This document shows, piece by piece, positions 1-10,780 of a stretch of 64,000 bases of DNA (position 1 is the stretch's first letter; the number at the start of each line of letters is the position of its first letter). This stretch comes from Salinivirgaceae bacterium. GTDB lineage: Bacteria; Bacteroidota; Bacteroidia; Bacteroidales; SZUA-534. The translations under genes were made by a program, and so were the position numbers. Under the pieces are notes generated by a model, which had not been told where the DNA came from, searched no databases, and saw only the letters and a program-made list of their open reading frames with translations. The DNA lies in the NCBI GenBank assembly GCA_024405635.1, contig JAKSOL010000006.1, positions 32,001 to 96,000 of the forward strand, given 5' to 3'.

Positions 1-1
1 C

Positions 2-502
2 CAAGGTTTTAAGGTAGATAATAGCAAAGGCATGAGCACCATTCTTATTGGTCACAACAAAGTTGCCGATTGCTTGCATAAGTCTGAAATTGAAGGACTT
101 GACTATATTACCGCAGGTCCAGTTCCACCAAATCCATCGGAACTGGCCAATAGTAAAGAAATGGATGAAGTAATAAAGGAACTTGAAAGTTTGTATGACA
201 TTATTATTGTTGATACTCCGCCAGTTGGCATTATTTGCGATGCTATGACCAACTTGCATCGGGCCGATTATCCAATTTATATCATTAATGCTAAAAAATC
301 GAAACGCCAGTTTATTGAGAATATCAACTTGTTGCGCAATGAGAAGGGAATGGACAACTTGTCGATTATTTTAAACTCAAGCGAAATGGTTAAAAGTCAT
401 GGCTACGGATACGGATACGGTTACGGCTATGGCTACGGATACGGCTATGGTTATGGCTATGGCTACGGAGATGAAGAGAAGAAGAAAAAACATAAAAACT
501 GA
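2..502 (+). CDS. Polysaccharide export BY-kinase (Wzc-like), C-terminal part; 5' end lies outside the window
   Basis: Frame open from nt 2; GPVPPNPSEL, IIVDTPPVG (Walker B) and a C-terminal (GY)11 tyrosine cluster. Confidence 0.9.
   Translation, partial: QGFKVDNSKGMSTILIGHNKVADCLHKSEIEGLDYITAGPVPPNPSELANSKEMDEVIKELESLYDIIIVDTPPVGIICDAMTNLHRADYPIYIINAKKSKRQFIENINLLRNEKGMDNLSIILNSSEMVKSHGYGYGYGYGYGYGYGYGYGYGYGDEEKKKKHKN
401..469 (+). repeat. Coding hexamer repeat GGNTAY x11 (Gly-Tyr cluster)
   Basis: ggc tac gga tac gga tac ggt tac ggc tat ... with varied third codon positions. Confidence 0.95.
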
Positions 503-504
503 TT

Positions 505-1572
505 ATGATTAAATTATTGGCATTGCTTTTTTTGGTGATGTTGCCAGTGTGTTGGTATATTCACCACTATTTTTTGGTTCGTTCAAACGATTTGTCGATT
601 CACAAAGGAAACACAACGGGCGAACGTTGGGCTTCGCAAAAGAAACCTATTTTGGGTGGCGTTGGTTTTTTTCTAGGCTTTGTTATTTGTGCAGCTTGCT
701 GGATTATTTGGGCTCACATTGTAGGAGTGGACTATTCTGGAACAAAAGCTTTGTCAATTGTTATAGCAGCAACCATAGCATTTGCTTCAGGTTTAATTGA
801 CGATGTGTTCAACACTCCGCCATCATTCAAATTCTTTATGCAATTCGTTGTGTCGGTAATTCTTATTCATGCCGGCATTTGCATTAACATTTTTGAAAAT
901 ATGATACTGAATTATGCTTTAACAGTCTTTTGGGTTGTTGGCATAATGAATTCGCTAAACATGCTCGACAATATGGATGCTATTACAACTAGCATAAGCA
1001 CCATAATAATGCTTGGAATGGTTGCCATTATGTTACTTACAGGTTGTGGTAGCTCGCTTTTATTGTTTACAGTGGTTGGAGTGTTGGCTGCAACAATCAG
1101 TTTTCTTGCCTTCAATTGGCACCCTTCAAGTATGTATATGGGCGACAACGGTTCTCAGTTTATTGGAGCATTTGTTTCCATTTTGAGTATTGAAACATTA
1201 TGGAACACACCATCGGTTGAGCAAGGCAATTGGCTAATTAACTTTGTGCTAATTTTTATGGCATTTATTGTTCCAATAACCGATACCACAACAGTTTCAA
1301 TAAATCGTACTTTGCGTGGTCAAATGCCTTTTGTTGGTGGCACCGATCACACTACCCATCACTTGTTTTACATGCACCTTAACGAGCATCAAGTAGCTTT
1401 GGTTTTGGGCTTTATAAATTTGATATCGGTAGCTGCCGTAGTTATGTTCGTTGTTTTTCCTTCAACACAATCTTTGTATTTGAAGATAGCGGCTTTTGCT
1501 GCGATAGCAATTACGTTAACTCTATATACCATTACTCGTATTACTAAACGACCAACTGTAACAGCAAAATAG
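505..1572 (+). CDS. MraY/WecA-family polyprenyl-phosphate sugar-1-phosphate transferase
   Basis: Multi-TM protein; GLIDD, NSLNMLDNMD, YMGDNGS and DHTTHHL motifs. Confidence 0.88.
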   Translation: MIKLLALLFLVMLPVCWYIHHYFLVRSNDLSIHKGNTTGERWASQKKPILGGVGFFLGFVICAACWIIWAHIVGVDYSGTKALSIVIAATIAFASGLIDDVFNTPPSFKFFMQFVVSVILIHAGICINIFENMILNYALTVFWVVGIMNSLNMLDNMDAITTSISTIIMLGMVAIMLLTGCGSSLLLFTVVGVLAATISFLAFNWHPSSMYMGDNGSQFIGAFVSILSIETLWNTPSVEQGNWLINFVLIFMAFIVPITDTTTVSINRTLRGQMPFVGGTDHTTHHLFYMHLNEHQVALVLGFINLISVAAVVMFVVFPSTQSLYLKIAAFAAIAITLTLYTITRITKRPTVTAK

Positions 1573-1582
1573 ACTTTACCAT

Positions 1583-2581
1583 ATGAAATTTTTGAAAGCT
1601 GTTCTTCAAGTTTTTGTGCAGATTGCCATTGTGGCAGTGGTTGCAATTATTGTAAGTTCGTATGTTATTAAATTGCACGAAGAGCAATGTGCTAATAATC
1701 AAGGTAGTAGTGGTCATTTGGTGGTAAAGCCAATTGAAATTCCAAGCCAAATAACATTTATGGGCGAACGTGTTCCTGTTGAAAACTTCGACACTCGCGA
1801 AAGCCTTGACCGCGAACTACAAGTGAATATGTTTTGGCACTCGCAAACCATTATGTTACTTAAACGTGCCAATCGCTATTTCCCTGAAATTGAGCCTATT
1901 TTGAAAGAAAACAATGTGCCCGACGACCTTAAATACATTGCTTTAATTGAAAGTGGATTGATGAATGTTACATCACCATCGGGAGCAAAAGGTTTTTGGC
2001 AATTCCTTGAGGGAACGGCTAAAGAGTGTTTGCTTGAAGTAAACAACGAGGTTGACGAGCGTTACAACGTTGCAAAGGCTACTCAAGCAGCCATTCGCTA
2101 TTTCAAAAAACAGAATGACAGATTTGGTTCGTGGACCATGGCTGCAGCTTCATACAATATGGGTGGCAACGGATTGGCAAAGCAAGTGGCACGACAAAAA
2201 TGCAACAATTACTACGACCTTACTCTTGGCGAAGAAACAGAACGCTATGTTTTTCGTGCATTGGCAATAAAAATGATTTTTGAAAACCCAACCCAATTTG
2301 GATTCAATATACCAACCGAATTTCTTTATGAACCAATACCTTGCCGCATTGTTGAAGTAGATTCAACTATTAGCAATATTGCCGATTTCGCATTTAGTCA
2401 AGGTACAAATTACAAAATGCTGAAAGTGCTTAACCCTTGGTTGCGCGACAACAAACTAACTAACCGAAAAGGAAAAACCTACCAAATAAAAATAATTGAC
2501 TCAGCATATCGCAATGTTGTTATCGACACCTTACCAGTTGCCGATTCAACTGCACAACCTATTGATGCTGAATTGAAATAA
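1583..2581 (+). CDS. Lytic transglycosylase (SLT/MltD-like)
   Basis: IESG, AKGFWQF, AAASYNMG and ETERYV motifs; N-terminal membrane anchor. Confidence 0.88.
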   Translation: MKFLKAVLQVFVQIAIVAVVAIIVSSYVIKLHEEQCANNQGSSGHLVVKPIEIPSQITFMGERVPVENFDTRESLDRELQVNMFWHSQTIMLLKRANRYFPEIEPILKENNVPDDLKYIALIESGLMNVTSPSGAKGFWQFLEGTAKECLLEVNNEVDERYNVAKATQAAIRYFKKQNDRFGSWTMAAASYNMGGNGLAKQVARQKCNNYYDLTLGEETERYVFRALAIKMIFENPTQFGFNIPTEFLYEPIPCRIVEVDSTISNIADFAFSQGTNYKMLKVLNPWLRDNKLTNRKGKTYQIKIIDSAYRNVVIDTLPVADSTAQPIDAELK

Positions 2582-2594
2582 ACCGACATTCAAA

Positions 2595-3398
2595 ATGGAT
2601 AAACAATACTTTGAACGCCACAACCGCCGCGATTTTCATAACGATCGACGAAACGATGAACAACGTACCGACGACTTTGTTTTTGGTACACGTGCAGTTA
2701 TTGAGGCTATTCGTTTTGGCAAGCAGATTGACAAAATCTTAATAAAACTGGGGCAGAACAACGAACTATCGAACGAGTTGTTTGACTTGATTCGCGAAAA
2801 CGATATTCCAGTTCAGCGCGTGCCTCAAGAGAAACTTGACCGCATCACACGCAAAAACCATCAAGGTGTTATTGCTCTCATGTCGCCAATTGCATTCTGC
2901 AAGGTTGAAGATGTGGTTGCTCAAGTGTTTGAAAAGGGTCAAATGCCGTTTATTATTGCGCTCGATGGAGTAACCGATGTTCGCAATTTTGGAGCCATTG
3001 TACGCACTGCCGAGTGCGCAGGTGTGCATGCCATTGTTGTTCCCGAAAAAGGGTCGTCGCGCATTGGTGCCGATGCGGTTAAAACATCGGCTGGTGCCTT
3101 GCATAAAGTGCCTATTTGCCGCACTTCGTCACTCAAAAAAACATTGCAAGACCTTATGGCCTCGGGACTTACTGTTTGTGGAGCTACCGAAAAAACCGAC
3201 GGAAACTATTTTCAACACAACCTTACCGGACCTCTTTGTATTGTAATGGGAGCCGAAGACGAAGGTTTGAGCCCCGAAGTGTTCCGCATTTGTCAACCTT
3301 TGCTCAAAATTCCTATTCTTGGCGAAATTGAATCGCTTAATGTATCGGTTGCAGCTTCGGTTTTAATGTACGAAGTTGTACGCCAGCGTATGGCTTAG
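2595..3398 (+). CDS. rlmB: 23S rRNA Gm2251 2'-O-methyltransferase
   Basis: NHQGV, DVRNFGAIVRTA, GAEDEGL and SLNVSVA SPOUT motifs. Confidence 0.92.
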   Translation: MDKQYFERHNRRDFHNDRRNDEQRTDDFVFGTRAVIEAIRFGKQIDKILIKLGQNNELSNELFDLIRENDIPVQRVPQEKLDRITRKNHQGVIALMSPIAFCKVEDVVAQVFEKGQMPFIIALDGVTDVRNFGAIVRTAECAGVHAIVVPEKGSSRIGADAVKTSAGALHKVPICRTSSLKKTLQDLMASGLTVCGATEKTDGNYFQHNLTGPLCIVMGAEDEGLSPEVFRICQPLLKIPILGEIESLNVSVAASVLMYEVVRQRMA

Positions 3399-3427
3399 AT
3401 TGTGTTTGTAAGCATCTTACAATAAAA

Positions 3428-4594
3428 TTGAAAACTACAGTAAATCAAATAGTTGATGCGTATGCCGATGAATTGATTCAAATTCGTCGGCACATTCATT
3501 CTCACCCCGAAGTTGCTCAACACGAGATTCAAACATCAGCTTTTGTTGCACAAAAACTTGGTGAGTTGGGTATCGATTTTAAAGCAAACATTGGAGGCTA
3601 TGGCATTCTTGCTGTTATTAAGGGCAGTTTGCCTGGCAAAACCATCGCTTTGCGTGCCGATATGGATGCGTTGCCAATAACTGAAGAAACTGGATTGCCG
3701 TTTGCTTCGCAAAATGTAGGCCTAATGCACGCTTGCGGCCACGATATTCACATTGCTTGTTTGCTTGGTGTTGCTCGAGTTTTGCAAAATATGCGTCAAC
3801 AAATAAAAGGCACTGTTTTGCTTGTGTTTCAGCCTTGCGAGGAGAGTATTCCCGGTGGAGCAAATCTTATGTTACGCGATGGCGTGTTTGCCGATTACGA
3901 ACCACAAATGGTTATTGCTCAACATGTTTACCCCGAACTTGAAGTAGGGCAGTTTGGCTTTCATAAAGGCGAATATCTAGCCTCGGCCGATGAGGTTATT
4001 ATTACTTGCAACAGTAAAGGCGGACATGCTGCTTTGCCGCATTTGTCGGTCGATTCGGTGCTAATGGCTTCGCAAATTGTTGTGTCGCTACAACAGGTTT
4101 GTAGCCGATTTATTCCTGCTCAAGTTCCTGCTGTTCTGTCGTTTGGCAAAATAACTTGCAACAGCGCCATGAACATCATTCCCGAAAAAGTAATTATTGA
4201 CGGCACACTTCGCATTATGAACGAAGACTGGCGTTTTAAAGCTCACGACCGCATCCGTTTAATCGCAAATTCGGTTGCGCAAAGTATGGGTGGTACGTGC
4301 GATGTTAACATTATAGTTGGCTATCCAAGTTTGTTCAACAATTGCAAATTAACCGACACAGTTCAGCGCATTACTGCCGAATTGTGGGGCGAGCAAAGTG
4401 TTCATGAAGTTGATGCTCGACTTACTGCCGAGGATTTTGGTTGGTTCTCGCAAAAGTACCCTTCGTGCTTCTTTCGGTTGGGTGTAGGTGCTTCAACTGG
4501 ATTGCATACACCAACTTTTGTAGCCGACGAACGGGCTATTGCTATTGGAACAAAGAATATGGCTCTTATTGCACTTAAACTGCTTGAAAATTAA
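3428..4594 (+). CDS. M20 family amidohydrolase
   Basis: LRADMDALP, MHACGHD, FQPCEE, GGHAA and AEDF motifs; TTG start. Confidence 0.9.
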   Translation: MKTTVNQIVDAYADELIQIRRHIHSHPEVAQHEIQTSAFVAQKLGELGIDFKANIGGYGILAVIKGSLPGKTIALRADMDALPITEETGLPFASQNVGLMHACGHDIHIACLLGVARVLQNMRQQIKGTVLLVFQPCEESIPGGANLMLRDGVFADYEPQMVIAQHVYPELEVGQFGFHKGEYLASADEVIITCNSKGGHAALPHLSVDSVLMASQIVVSLQQVCSRFIPAQVPAVLSFGKITCNSAMNIIPEKVIIDGTLRIMNEDWRFKAHDRIRLIANSVAQSMGGTCDVNIIVGYPSLFNNCKLTDTVQRITAELWGEQSVHEVDARLTAEDFGWFSQKYPSCFFRLGVGASTGLHTPTFVADERAIAIGTKNMALIALKLLEN

Positions 4595-4628
4595 TAAGTT
4601 AACCGATTTGAGAATAATATATATTTAT

Positions 4629-5462
4629 ATGAAAAAGGCGCTCTTCGCAATATTGATGGTGTTGTTTTTTGCATCGTGCACCGATAGTTTCAAAACAACT
4701 GAATCGGGTTTGAATTACAAATTTGTGATTAAGAATACTGACCAGTATAAACCTCAAATAAACGATGTAGTTGCTCTGCGAATGAGTTATAAAGACCAGT
4801 CGGGCGAAGTAGAGGAGTGGCCGTTGTTTAAAAAACGACTTGAAAAAGTTTCAATAGATGTGCCCACAGTTGACGAGGGGTTGTCGCTTATGCACAAAGG
4901 CGATAGCTTGCTGTTGCAAATGACAAACAAGGAGTTTTTTCAGTTTACGCTTGGTCAAGCTGTGCCAGCAAATGTTAATCCTTCTGAAGTTATTTTTATC
5001 GGACTACGTTTGGTTGAAGTTATTAAAGCCGAAGAATTTGAGCGCGACCGTCAGGCGGCCCGCATGGTTGGCGAGCGCGAAGAGGATGCAATACTTGATA
5101 ACTATCTGCAAGAAAATAACATAGTTGCCGAACCGGAATTAAGCGGACTAATTATTATTGAAAAACGTAAAGGTGATGGCACCAAGCCAACTCCCGGGCG
5201 CAACGTGACTATTAATTACACTGCAAGTTTTTTGAATGGCGAAATGTTCGATTCGTCGTATAAACGCAACCAACCGCTAACTTTCAAACTTGGTGTTGGT
5301 AAAGTAATTCAAGGACTTGAAGAAGGTGTATCAAAAATGCACTGCGGAGGGATGTGCCAATTGATTATTCCATCTCCGTTGGCTTATGGCGATGAGCAAG
5401 TTGGTCCTGTAGCGCCTTTTTCAACCTTGGTTTTCGATGTTGAATTAGTTGAAGTAGAATAA
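4629..5462 (+). CDS. FKBP-type peptidyl-prolyl isomerase, lipoprotein
   Basis: Lipobox FFASC after ATG 4629; FDSSY, VIQGLEEG, LAYG and LVFDVEL motifs. Confidence 0.88.
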   Translation: MKKALFAILMVLFFASCTDSFKTTESGLNYKFVIKNTDQYKPQINDVVALRMSYKDQSGEVEEWPLFKKRLEKVSIDVPTVDEGLSLMHKGDSLLLQMTNKEFFQFTLGQAVPANVNPSEVIFIGLRLVEVIKAEEFERDRQAARMVGEREEDAILDNYLQENNIVAEPELSGLIIIEKRKGDGTKPTPGRNVTINYTASFLNGEMFDSSYKRNQPLTFKLGVGKVIQGLEEGVSKMHCGGMCQLIIPSPLAYGDEQVGPVAPFSTLVFDVELVEVE

Positions 5463-5478
5463 AATCAGTTAGTTTTTT

Positions 5479-6717
5479 CTACTCGTAAAACAAAAACTCA
5501 ACCCTACGATTCTTTTGTCGGGCAGCATCGGTTTGTTCTGGTGTAATAGGAAACAATTTGCCTTTGCCTTCGGTTGTAATACGGGTTGAATCAATACCTT
5601 TGCTAATCAAATAGTTAGCAACCGAATGCGCTCGATGTTCACTCAGCTCTTGATTGTAATCAATTGAACCAACATCGTCTGTATGTCCATATAGTTTTAG
5701 TTTCGATTTGAAACAACGAGTCAAAATGTTGGCCAATTCATTCAGCGAAAGTGTGTCTTCTGGCATTAAATCGTACGAATTGAAATCAAAATGAACCATT
5801 TTGTCAAACACAACCGAATCTTCGACCATTCGTATTCGGTCAACTCCTAAAACGAGTTTGCGAGTAGTGAATTCTGAAATCAAGAAAGGTTGAATGGGGC
5901 AAATTTTTCCCAAACTACGCAACGAATTTGCTTTAATAAACACGCCCGAATCGTAAATATTGTCGCCAACGTCGGCAATAAGCATTGTGAGTTTGTATAT
6001 TTTGAATGGCTCAACATTGGCACGCGCTTCAAGCAAAGTTGTCATGCCATCAAACTGAAAGTAGGCCGAAAGTGGTCCGGGTTTTGAAGCACCGGGCGGC
6101 AACGCATAGCCTTCAGGTATCCACATTGGGTTTTCAATGTAGTATTGTGGATGATAAACAGCATTAACATTGTCAACTGTAATTGGAACTCCACTCTCGG
6201 GCAAAATAGCCATGTTGTGCGGAGTTTTGTAGCCAGGACCTTCAATAAAAAAGGCAAATACATCGTTTACACCTTTGCGCACAAACTCCGGATACTCTTC
6301 TGATGCAAAAAAGTATTCAAACGATATTTGGTCGCTACTAGCTACAAAAGTAATTTCAAGTATAGCAGCGTCAACAGTAAACTGCCCTGCAATGCTATCA
6401 AGCCTATGGTCGCCGGGGGTAAAAACTCCTAATCCAGAGTTGCGCGATGTGTTTGGCTTTGCTGCCCATTCGGCAATGCCTGTGCTCATGGTTATGCCTT
6501 GTTGTATAGGCATATTGGCATTTTCGGTGGTGAAAAAAGCAATTGAATGGGGCCCTCCAATGTATTCTGAACTCAAAACCGATATGTTGTTGTGGTTTTT
6601 TGGAATAAGCGCTTCTACCATTTCAGTTGTGGTCATTTGCTTAAACTCCAACTTTTGCGCAACTAGTATTTGAGTTGAGAGAATAAAAAGTAATATGCTG
6701 TGTATCAGCTTTTTCAT
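5479..6717 (-). CDS. Choice-of-anchor L domain fused to an OmpA-like peptidoglycan-binding domain
   Basis: Signal peptide; FASEEYPE, NDVFAFF, FDGMT, IADVGD..YDSGVF; C-terminal GHTD..NQELSEHRA..NRRVE. Confidence 0.8.
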   Translation of the reverse strand: MKKLIHSILLFILSTQILVAQKLEFKQMTTTEMVEALIPKNHNNISVLSSEYIGGPHSIAFFTTENANMPIQQGITMSTGIAEWAAKPNTSRNSGLGVFTPGDHRLDSIAGQFTVDAAILEITFVASSDQISFEYFFASEEYPEFVRKGVNDVFAFFIEGPGYKTPHNMAILPESGVPITVDNVNAVYHPQYYIENPMWIPEGYALPPGASKPGPLSAYFQFDGMTTLLEARANVEPFKIYKLTMLIADVGDNIYDSGVFIKANSLRSLGKICPIQPFLISEFTTRKLVLGVDRIRMVEDSVVFDKMVHFDFNSYDLMPEDTLSLNELANILTRCFKSKLKLYGHTDDVGSIDYNQELSEHRAHSVANYLISKGIDSTRITTEGKGKLFPITPEQTDAARQKNRRVEFLFYE

Positions 6718-7415
6718 TTTGTCTGTTGTCGTTCTTCAAAAAATTGCCAAAGACTATCGCCTTTAGGAACAGGAGCCACAATGCTCACTGGTTGTTTCGA
6801 TACTGGATGAACAAATTCGATGCGGCGTGCATGCAAACTGATGCCCGAGTCGGCATTTGAGCGTTTTGCTCCGTATTTTAAGTCGCCCTTTATTATGCAA
6901 CCAATATTGGCCAATTGAGCTCGTATTTGGTGATGTCGGCCTGTAAGTAGTTTAACTTCAAGCAGATAGTATTTGTCCGATTTGTCAATCAGTTTATATT
7001 CAAGTTGAGCCTCTTTTGCGCCATTGTCGGTTGGTTTGCACACATACGCTTTGTTGTTTTTTTCGTTTTTACGCAAATAGTTAACCAACAAACCTTCTGG
7101 TTTTTCTGGGCTTTTTTCCACAATAGCCCAATATATTTTGTCAAGTTGGTTTTTGCTTTTAAACATTTCGTTCATTCGGGCCAAAGCTTTTGATGTGCGA
7201 GCAAAAATCATAACCCCCGATACTGGGCGATCGAGTCGGTGAGTAACGCCAACAAACACGTTTCCAGGTTTGTTATACTTTACTTTTATGTACGCAGCCA
7301 CTTTGTCGGCCAAAGGCGCATCGCCAGTTTCGTCGCCTTGTGCCAAATCTGAAACTCGTTTGTTTACTGCAATAAGGTGGTTGTCTTCGTACAATATTTC
7401 AAGAAAATCGTTCAT
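6714..7415 (-). CDS. RluA family RNA pseudouridine synthase
   Basis: HRLDRPVSG, TGRHHQIR and GDLKYG motifs. Confidence 0.92.
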   Translation of the reverse strand: MNDFLEILYEDNHLIAVNKRVSDLAQGDETGDAPLADKVAAYIKVKYNKPGNVFVGVTHRLDRPVSGVMIFARTSKALARMNEMFKSKNQLDKIYWAIVEKSPEKPEGLLVNYLRKNEKNNKAYVCKPTDNGAKEAQLEYKLIDKSDKYYLLEVKLLTGRHHQIRAQLANIGCIIKGDLKYGAKRSNADSGISLHARRIEFVHPVSKQPVSIVAPVPKGDSLWQFFEERQQTK

Positions 7416-8230
7416 CAGTATTGTTCTTTTTCCGATGGGAAATTAACGTTTTTCACATCGTCAACATATTGATTAACAGCAGTTTTAATTTCGTCGGCCA
7501 AGTTTAGGTAGCGGCGAAGAAAACGTGGAGCAAACTCTTGTGTTATGCCCAACATGTCGTGCATCACAAGCACTTGACCATCAACTTCGCTACCTGCGCC
7601 TATGCCAATAATCGGAATATTGACTTCTTGGGCAACTTTTGCAGCCAATGTTGCAGGAATTTTTTCAAGCACAATGCCAAAGCAACCAAGTTCTTCAAGC
7701 AATTTGGCGTCGGCTATTAGTCGTTCGGCTTCTTTTTCTTCTTTAGCTCTAACTCCGTAAGTGCCAAATTTGAATATGCTTTGTGGTGTTAATCCAAGGT
7801 GCCCCATAACTGGAATGCCAGCCGAGATGATGCGTGAAATGGATTCCTGTATTTCTTGTCCGCCCTCAATCTTAATGGCGTGTGCTCCCGATTCTTTCAT
7901 TACTCTGATGGCAGAATTTAGGGCCTCAATTGAGTTGCCTTGATAGGTGCCAAATGGCAAATCGACAACCACAAGTGCGTGATTTACAGCACGAACTACT
8001 GATGCTGCGTGGTAAATCATATAATCGAGTGTCATTGGCAAGGTGGTTTCGTAGCCTGCCATTGTGTTTGATGCCGAATCGCCAACCAATATAACATCAA
8101 TGCCCGATGCGTCAATTAGTTTTGCCATGCTGTAATCGTAGGCTGTTAGCATCGCTATTTTTTCGCCACGTTGTTTCATTTCTTGCAACGTGAGCGTTGT
8201 AACCCGTTTAACTTCTTTGTGAACTGACAT
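7415..8230 (-). CDS. panB: 3-methyl-2-oxobutanoate hydroxymethyltransferase
   Basis: MLTAYD, LVGDS, KIEGG and GHLGLTPQS motifs; start taken at MSVHKE. Confidence 0.95.
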   Translation of the reverse strand: MSVHKEVKRVTTLTLQEMKQRGEKIAMLTAYDYSMAKLIDASGIDVILVGDSASNTMAGYETTLPMTLDYMIYHAASVVRAVNHALVVVDLPFGTYQGNSIEALNSAIRVMKESGAHAIKIEGGQEIQESISRIISAGIPVMGHLGLTPQSIFKFGTYGVRAKEEKEAERLIADAKLLEELGCFGIVLEKIPATLAAKVAQEVNIPIIGIGAGSEVDGQVLVMHDMLGITQEFAPRFLRRYLNLADEIKTAVNQYVDDVKNVNFPSEKEQY

Positions 8231-8262
8231 CTTACAAATTTTTATTTTGCTGATAATCAATA

Positions 8263-8841
8263 TTATACTTCATTGGCTTGTTTGCCGTACTTTTCTGTTA
8301 AAAATTGGTGCAATTTGTATGCCACAGCACCTGCTGCAATGCCAAGTAATGCTCCGCACAACACATCGGCGGGGTAGTGCATGCCTAGGTAAATGCGTGA
8401 GTATGAAATAATTGCAGCCCAAACAAACATTGTAATTGTGAGCCAACGTTTGATTAGTATTAGCGAAACAAACGTGGCTATTGAAAACATGTTTGCAGCA
8501 TGCGATGATACAAAACCATACAAGCCTCCTCGTTTGTTGTTTACTAAATGAATAATGTCTTGAATTTCAAGGTTATGCGATGGTCGATAACGGCAAACTA
8601 CATTTTTGAATGCGTGTACTGAAACCGTGTCGGCTAACAAAATGGCAACACAAATACTAATGGCCAAAATCCACCAGTTTTTGGGGGCTTTGCGCCACAT
8701 AAAATAGAGTAGTGCTGCATATATTGGAATCCAAACCAACTTGCCGCTCACTGTCCACATCAAAGTGTCGAGAAAGGGTGTGTTGGCTCCGTTTATTAGC
8801 AACAACAACTGGCGGTCAAGTGTTTCGAGTTGCTCTAACAT
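8263..8841 (-). CDS. PAP2 family membrane phosphatase
   Basis: K..RYRP, SSHA and [13 protein letters not shown] motifs. Confidence 0.9.
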   Translation of the reverse strand: MLEQLETLDRQLLLLINGANTPFLDTLMWTVSGKLVWIPIYAALLYFMWRKAPKNWWILAISICVAILLADTVSVHAFKNVVCRYRPSHNLEIQDIIHLVNNKRGGLYGFVSSHAANMFSIATFVSLILIKRWLTITMFVWAAIISYSRIYLGMHYPADVLCGALLGIAAGAVAYKLHQFLTEKYGKQANEV

Positions 8842-9833
8842 TATTCGTTAATCGCTTTCCAGAGTAGGTCTTTCAGTTGGTCGATGCCTTTGTGTGCTAC
8901 CGACGAAATGAAAACGTGTGGCAAGTCTGTTGGTACAGTTTTTTCTAGCGCTTCTTGTAGTTCATCGTCAAGCATGTCGCTTTTTGTGATGGCCAAAACT
9001 CGTTGTTTGTCAAGCAATTCGGGGTTATACAAACGAAGTTCGTTTAGCAAAACCTCATAATCGGCAGCAATGTCATTGCTATCGGCTGGAACCATAAAAA
9101 GCAACACCGAGTTGCGTTCAATGTGGCGCAAGAATCGTAGGCCAATGCCTTTGCCTTCGTGGGCACCTTCAATAATACCAGGAATGTCGGCCATAACAAA
9201 CGAACGGTTGTCGCGATAGCTTACAATACCCAAATTAGGTTCAAGTGTGGTAAACGCATAGTCGGCAATTTTTGGTTTGGCAGCCGACACCACCGATAGT
9301 AAGGTTGATTTTCCGGCATTAGGGAAACCTACCAAACCAACATCGGCCAAAACTTTAAGTTCCAAAATGCGCCAGCCTTCTTCGCAAGGTTCGCCTGGTT
9401 GAGCAAAGCGAGGTGTGCGCATTGTGGCTGTTTTAAAGTGGTTGTTACCTTGTCCACCGCGGCCACCTTTCATCAGAATATGCTCTTCTTTGTCTTCGGT
9501 TATCTCAAAAAGAACCTCCATGGTTTCGGCATCGCGCACCACTGTGCCAAGAGGCACTTCAATAGTAACATCGTCGCCATCGCAACCTGTTTTGAGCGCA
9601 CCTTGACCATTGACGCCGTTTGTGGCAAATATGTGCTTTTGATATTGCAGATGCAGCAAAGTCCACATTTGGCTGTTGCCGCGCAAAATAACGTGTCCAC
9701 CACGGCCTCCATCGCCTCCATCGGGGCCGCCCCAAGGTTCAAACTTTTCGCGACGGAAGTGTACCGAGCCTGCTCCGCCTTTGCCGCTCTTGGCAAATAT
9801 CTTTACGTAGTCAATAAAATTCGAGTCTGCCAT
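8841..9833 (-). CDS. obgE: GTPase ObgE/CgtA
   Basis: Gly-rich Obg fold; [16 protein letters not shown] and TKSD motifs. Confidence 0.97.
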   Translation of the reverse strand: MADSNFIDYVKIFAKSGKGGAGSVHFRREKFEPWGGPDGGDGGRGGHVILRGNSQMWTLLHLQYQKHIFATNGVNGQGALKTGCDGDDVTIEVPLGTVVRDAETMEVLFEITEDKEEHILMKGGRGGQGNNHFKTATMRTPRFAQPGEPCEEGWRILELKVLADVGLVGFPNAGKSTLLSVVSAAKPKIADYAFTTLEPNLGIVSYRDNRSFVMADIPGIIEGAHEGKGIGLRFLRHIERNSVLLFMVPADSNDIAADYEVLLNELRLYNPELLDKQRVLAITKSDMLDDELQEALEKTVPTDLPHVFISSVAHKGIDQLKDLLWKAINE

Positions 9834-9852
9834 TTCTTAAAAAAATAGGTTG

Positions 9853-9860
9853 CAAAGATA
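9853..9860 (-). promoter_or_regulatory. Bacteroidetes -7 promoter element for obgE
   Basis: TATCTTTG on the minus strand matches TAnnTTTG, ~20 nt upstream of the start. Confidence 0.6.
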
Positions 9861-10018
9861 TCGTTTTTTCCCGATAATCTTTTGGCAATGGTCGGCCTAC
9901 AAGGATGTATAATCGGTTTAAACCTATTGAACAATTTGTTGATGTAAACTTGAACGTTTTGCGTGTTTTTGTGTAACCAAAAAATGTAACAAATGAATAT
10001 TGTGGTATAATGTTTTGT

Positions 10019-10026
10019 TAAGTTTG
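10019..10026 (+). promoter_or_regulatory. Bacteroidetes -7 promoter element for the outer-membrane protein gene
   Basis: TAAGTTTG ~30 nt upstream of ATG 10056. Confidence 0.6.
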
Positions 10027-10055
10027 CATCCGATTAACAATTAAAACACTCTAAA

Positions 10056-10718
10056 ATGAAAAAACTAGTTTTATCGATGGCAGCTGTAGCTTTGTTTACA
10101 ATGGCTGCTAATGCACAAATTTGGGTTGGTGGTAGCATTGGTTACTCAACAGAAAGTGAAAAGGAAGCTTGGAAAAACTTTGAGAATAAAATTAAAGAGA
10201 GCAAGGATAAAACAACCACTATTTTAATAGCTCCAAAAGTTGGTTATCAGCTAAATGAGAAATTGGAAGTTGGTGGTTTGGTTTCGTTAAGCTCTTCAAA
10301 ATATTATCCTAACAAGATTGACGACAAAGAAGTTTGGAATAAAACTTTTTCGTATGCAATATCGCCTTTTGCACGCTATCAGTTTGCATCGTTTGGTAAG
10401 TTTGCTCTAAAGGCTGTTGGTATTGCTGCGTTTGGCCAAAGAATGCCTTCAAGCAATAACGGAAAAGATAAGACCAAGGGCGATAAAACTACCACATTGG
10501 CTTTGAGCGCTTATCCAATGATTTCTTACTCTTTGTCAGAAAAATTTGATTTGGAGGCTAGCCTAAACTTCTTCGGTTTATCGGCTTCAACTTCAACAAC
10601 TAAAGATGCCGACGATTCTGATATTAAGATTGTTGAAAACGAATTTGAGATTATGGGAACCTCAAACAACATTGCAACTACTGGCAACATTACCATTGGT
10701 TTTATTTACCATTTGTAA
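10056..10718 (+). CDS. Small outer-membrane beta-barrel protein
   Basis: Signal peptide ending ANA-Q; alternating beta-strands; C-terminal IGFIYHL. Confidence 0.8.
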   Translation: MKKLVLSMAAVALFTMAANAQIWVGGSIGYSTESEKEAWKNFENKIKESKDKTTTILIAPKVGYQLNEKLEVGGLVSLSSSKYYPNKIDDKEVWNKTFSYAISPFARYQFASFGKFALKAVGIAAFGQRMPSSNNGKDKTKGDKTTTLALSAYPMISYSLSEKFDLEASLNFFGLSASTSTTKDADDSDIKIVENEFEIMGTSNNIATTGNITIGFIYHL

Positions 10719-10742
10719 TATAGTTTTTTGAATAAAGAACAC

Positions 10743-10780
10743 AAAAATCCCCAACTGACTATGGTCGGTTGGGGATTTTT
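10743..10780. terminator. Intrinsic terminator, probably bidirectional
   Basis: aaaaatccccaactgac-tatg-gtcggttggggattttt. Confidence 0.85.

Noticed and set aside
401-469. Phase-variable simple sequence repeat
   Set aside because: The unit is 6 nt, in frame and synonymously diverged, so it cannot switch the gene off.
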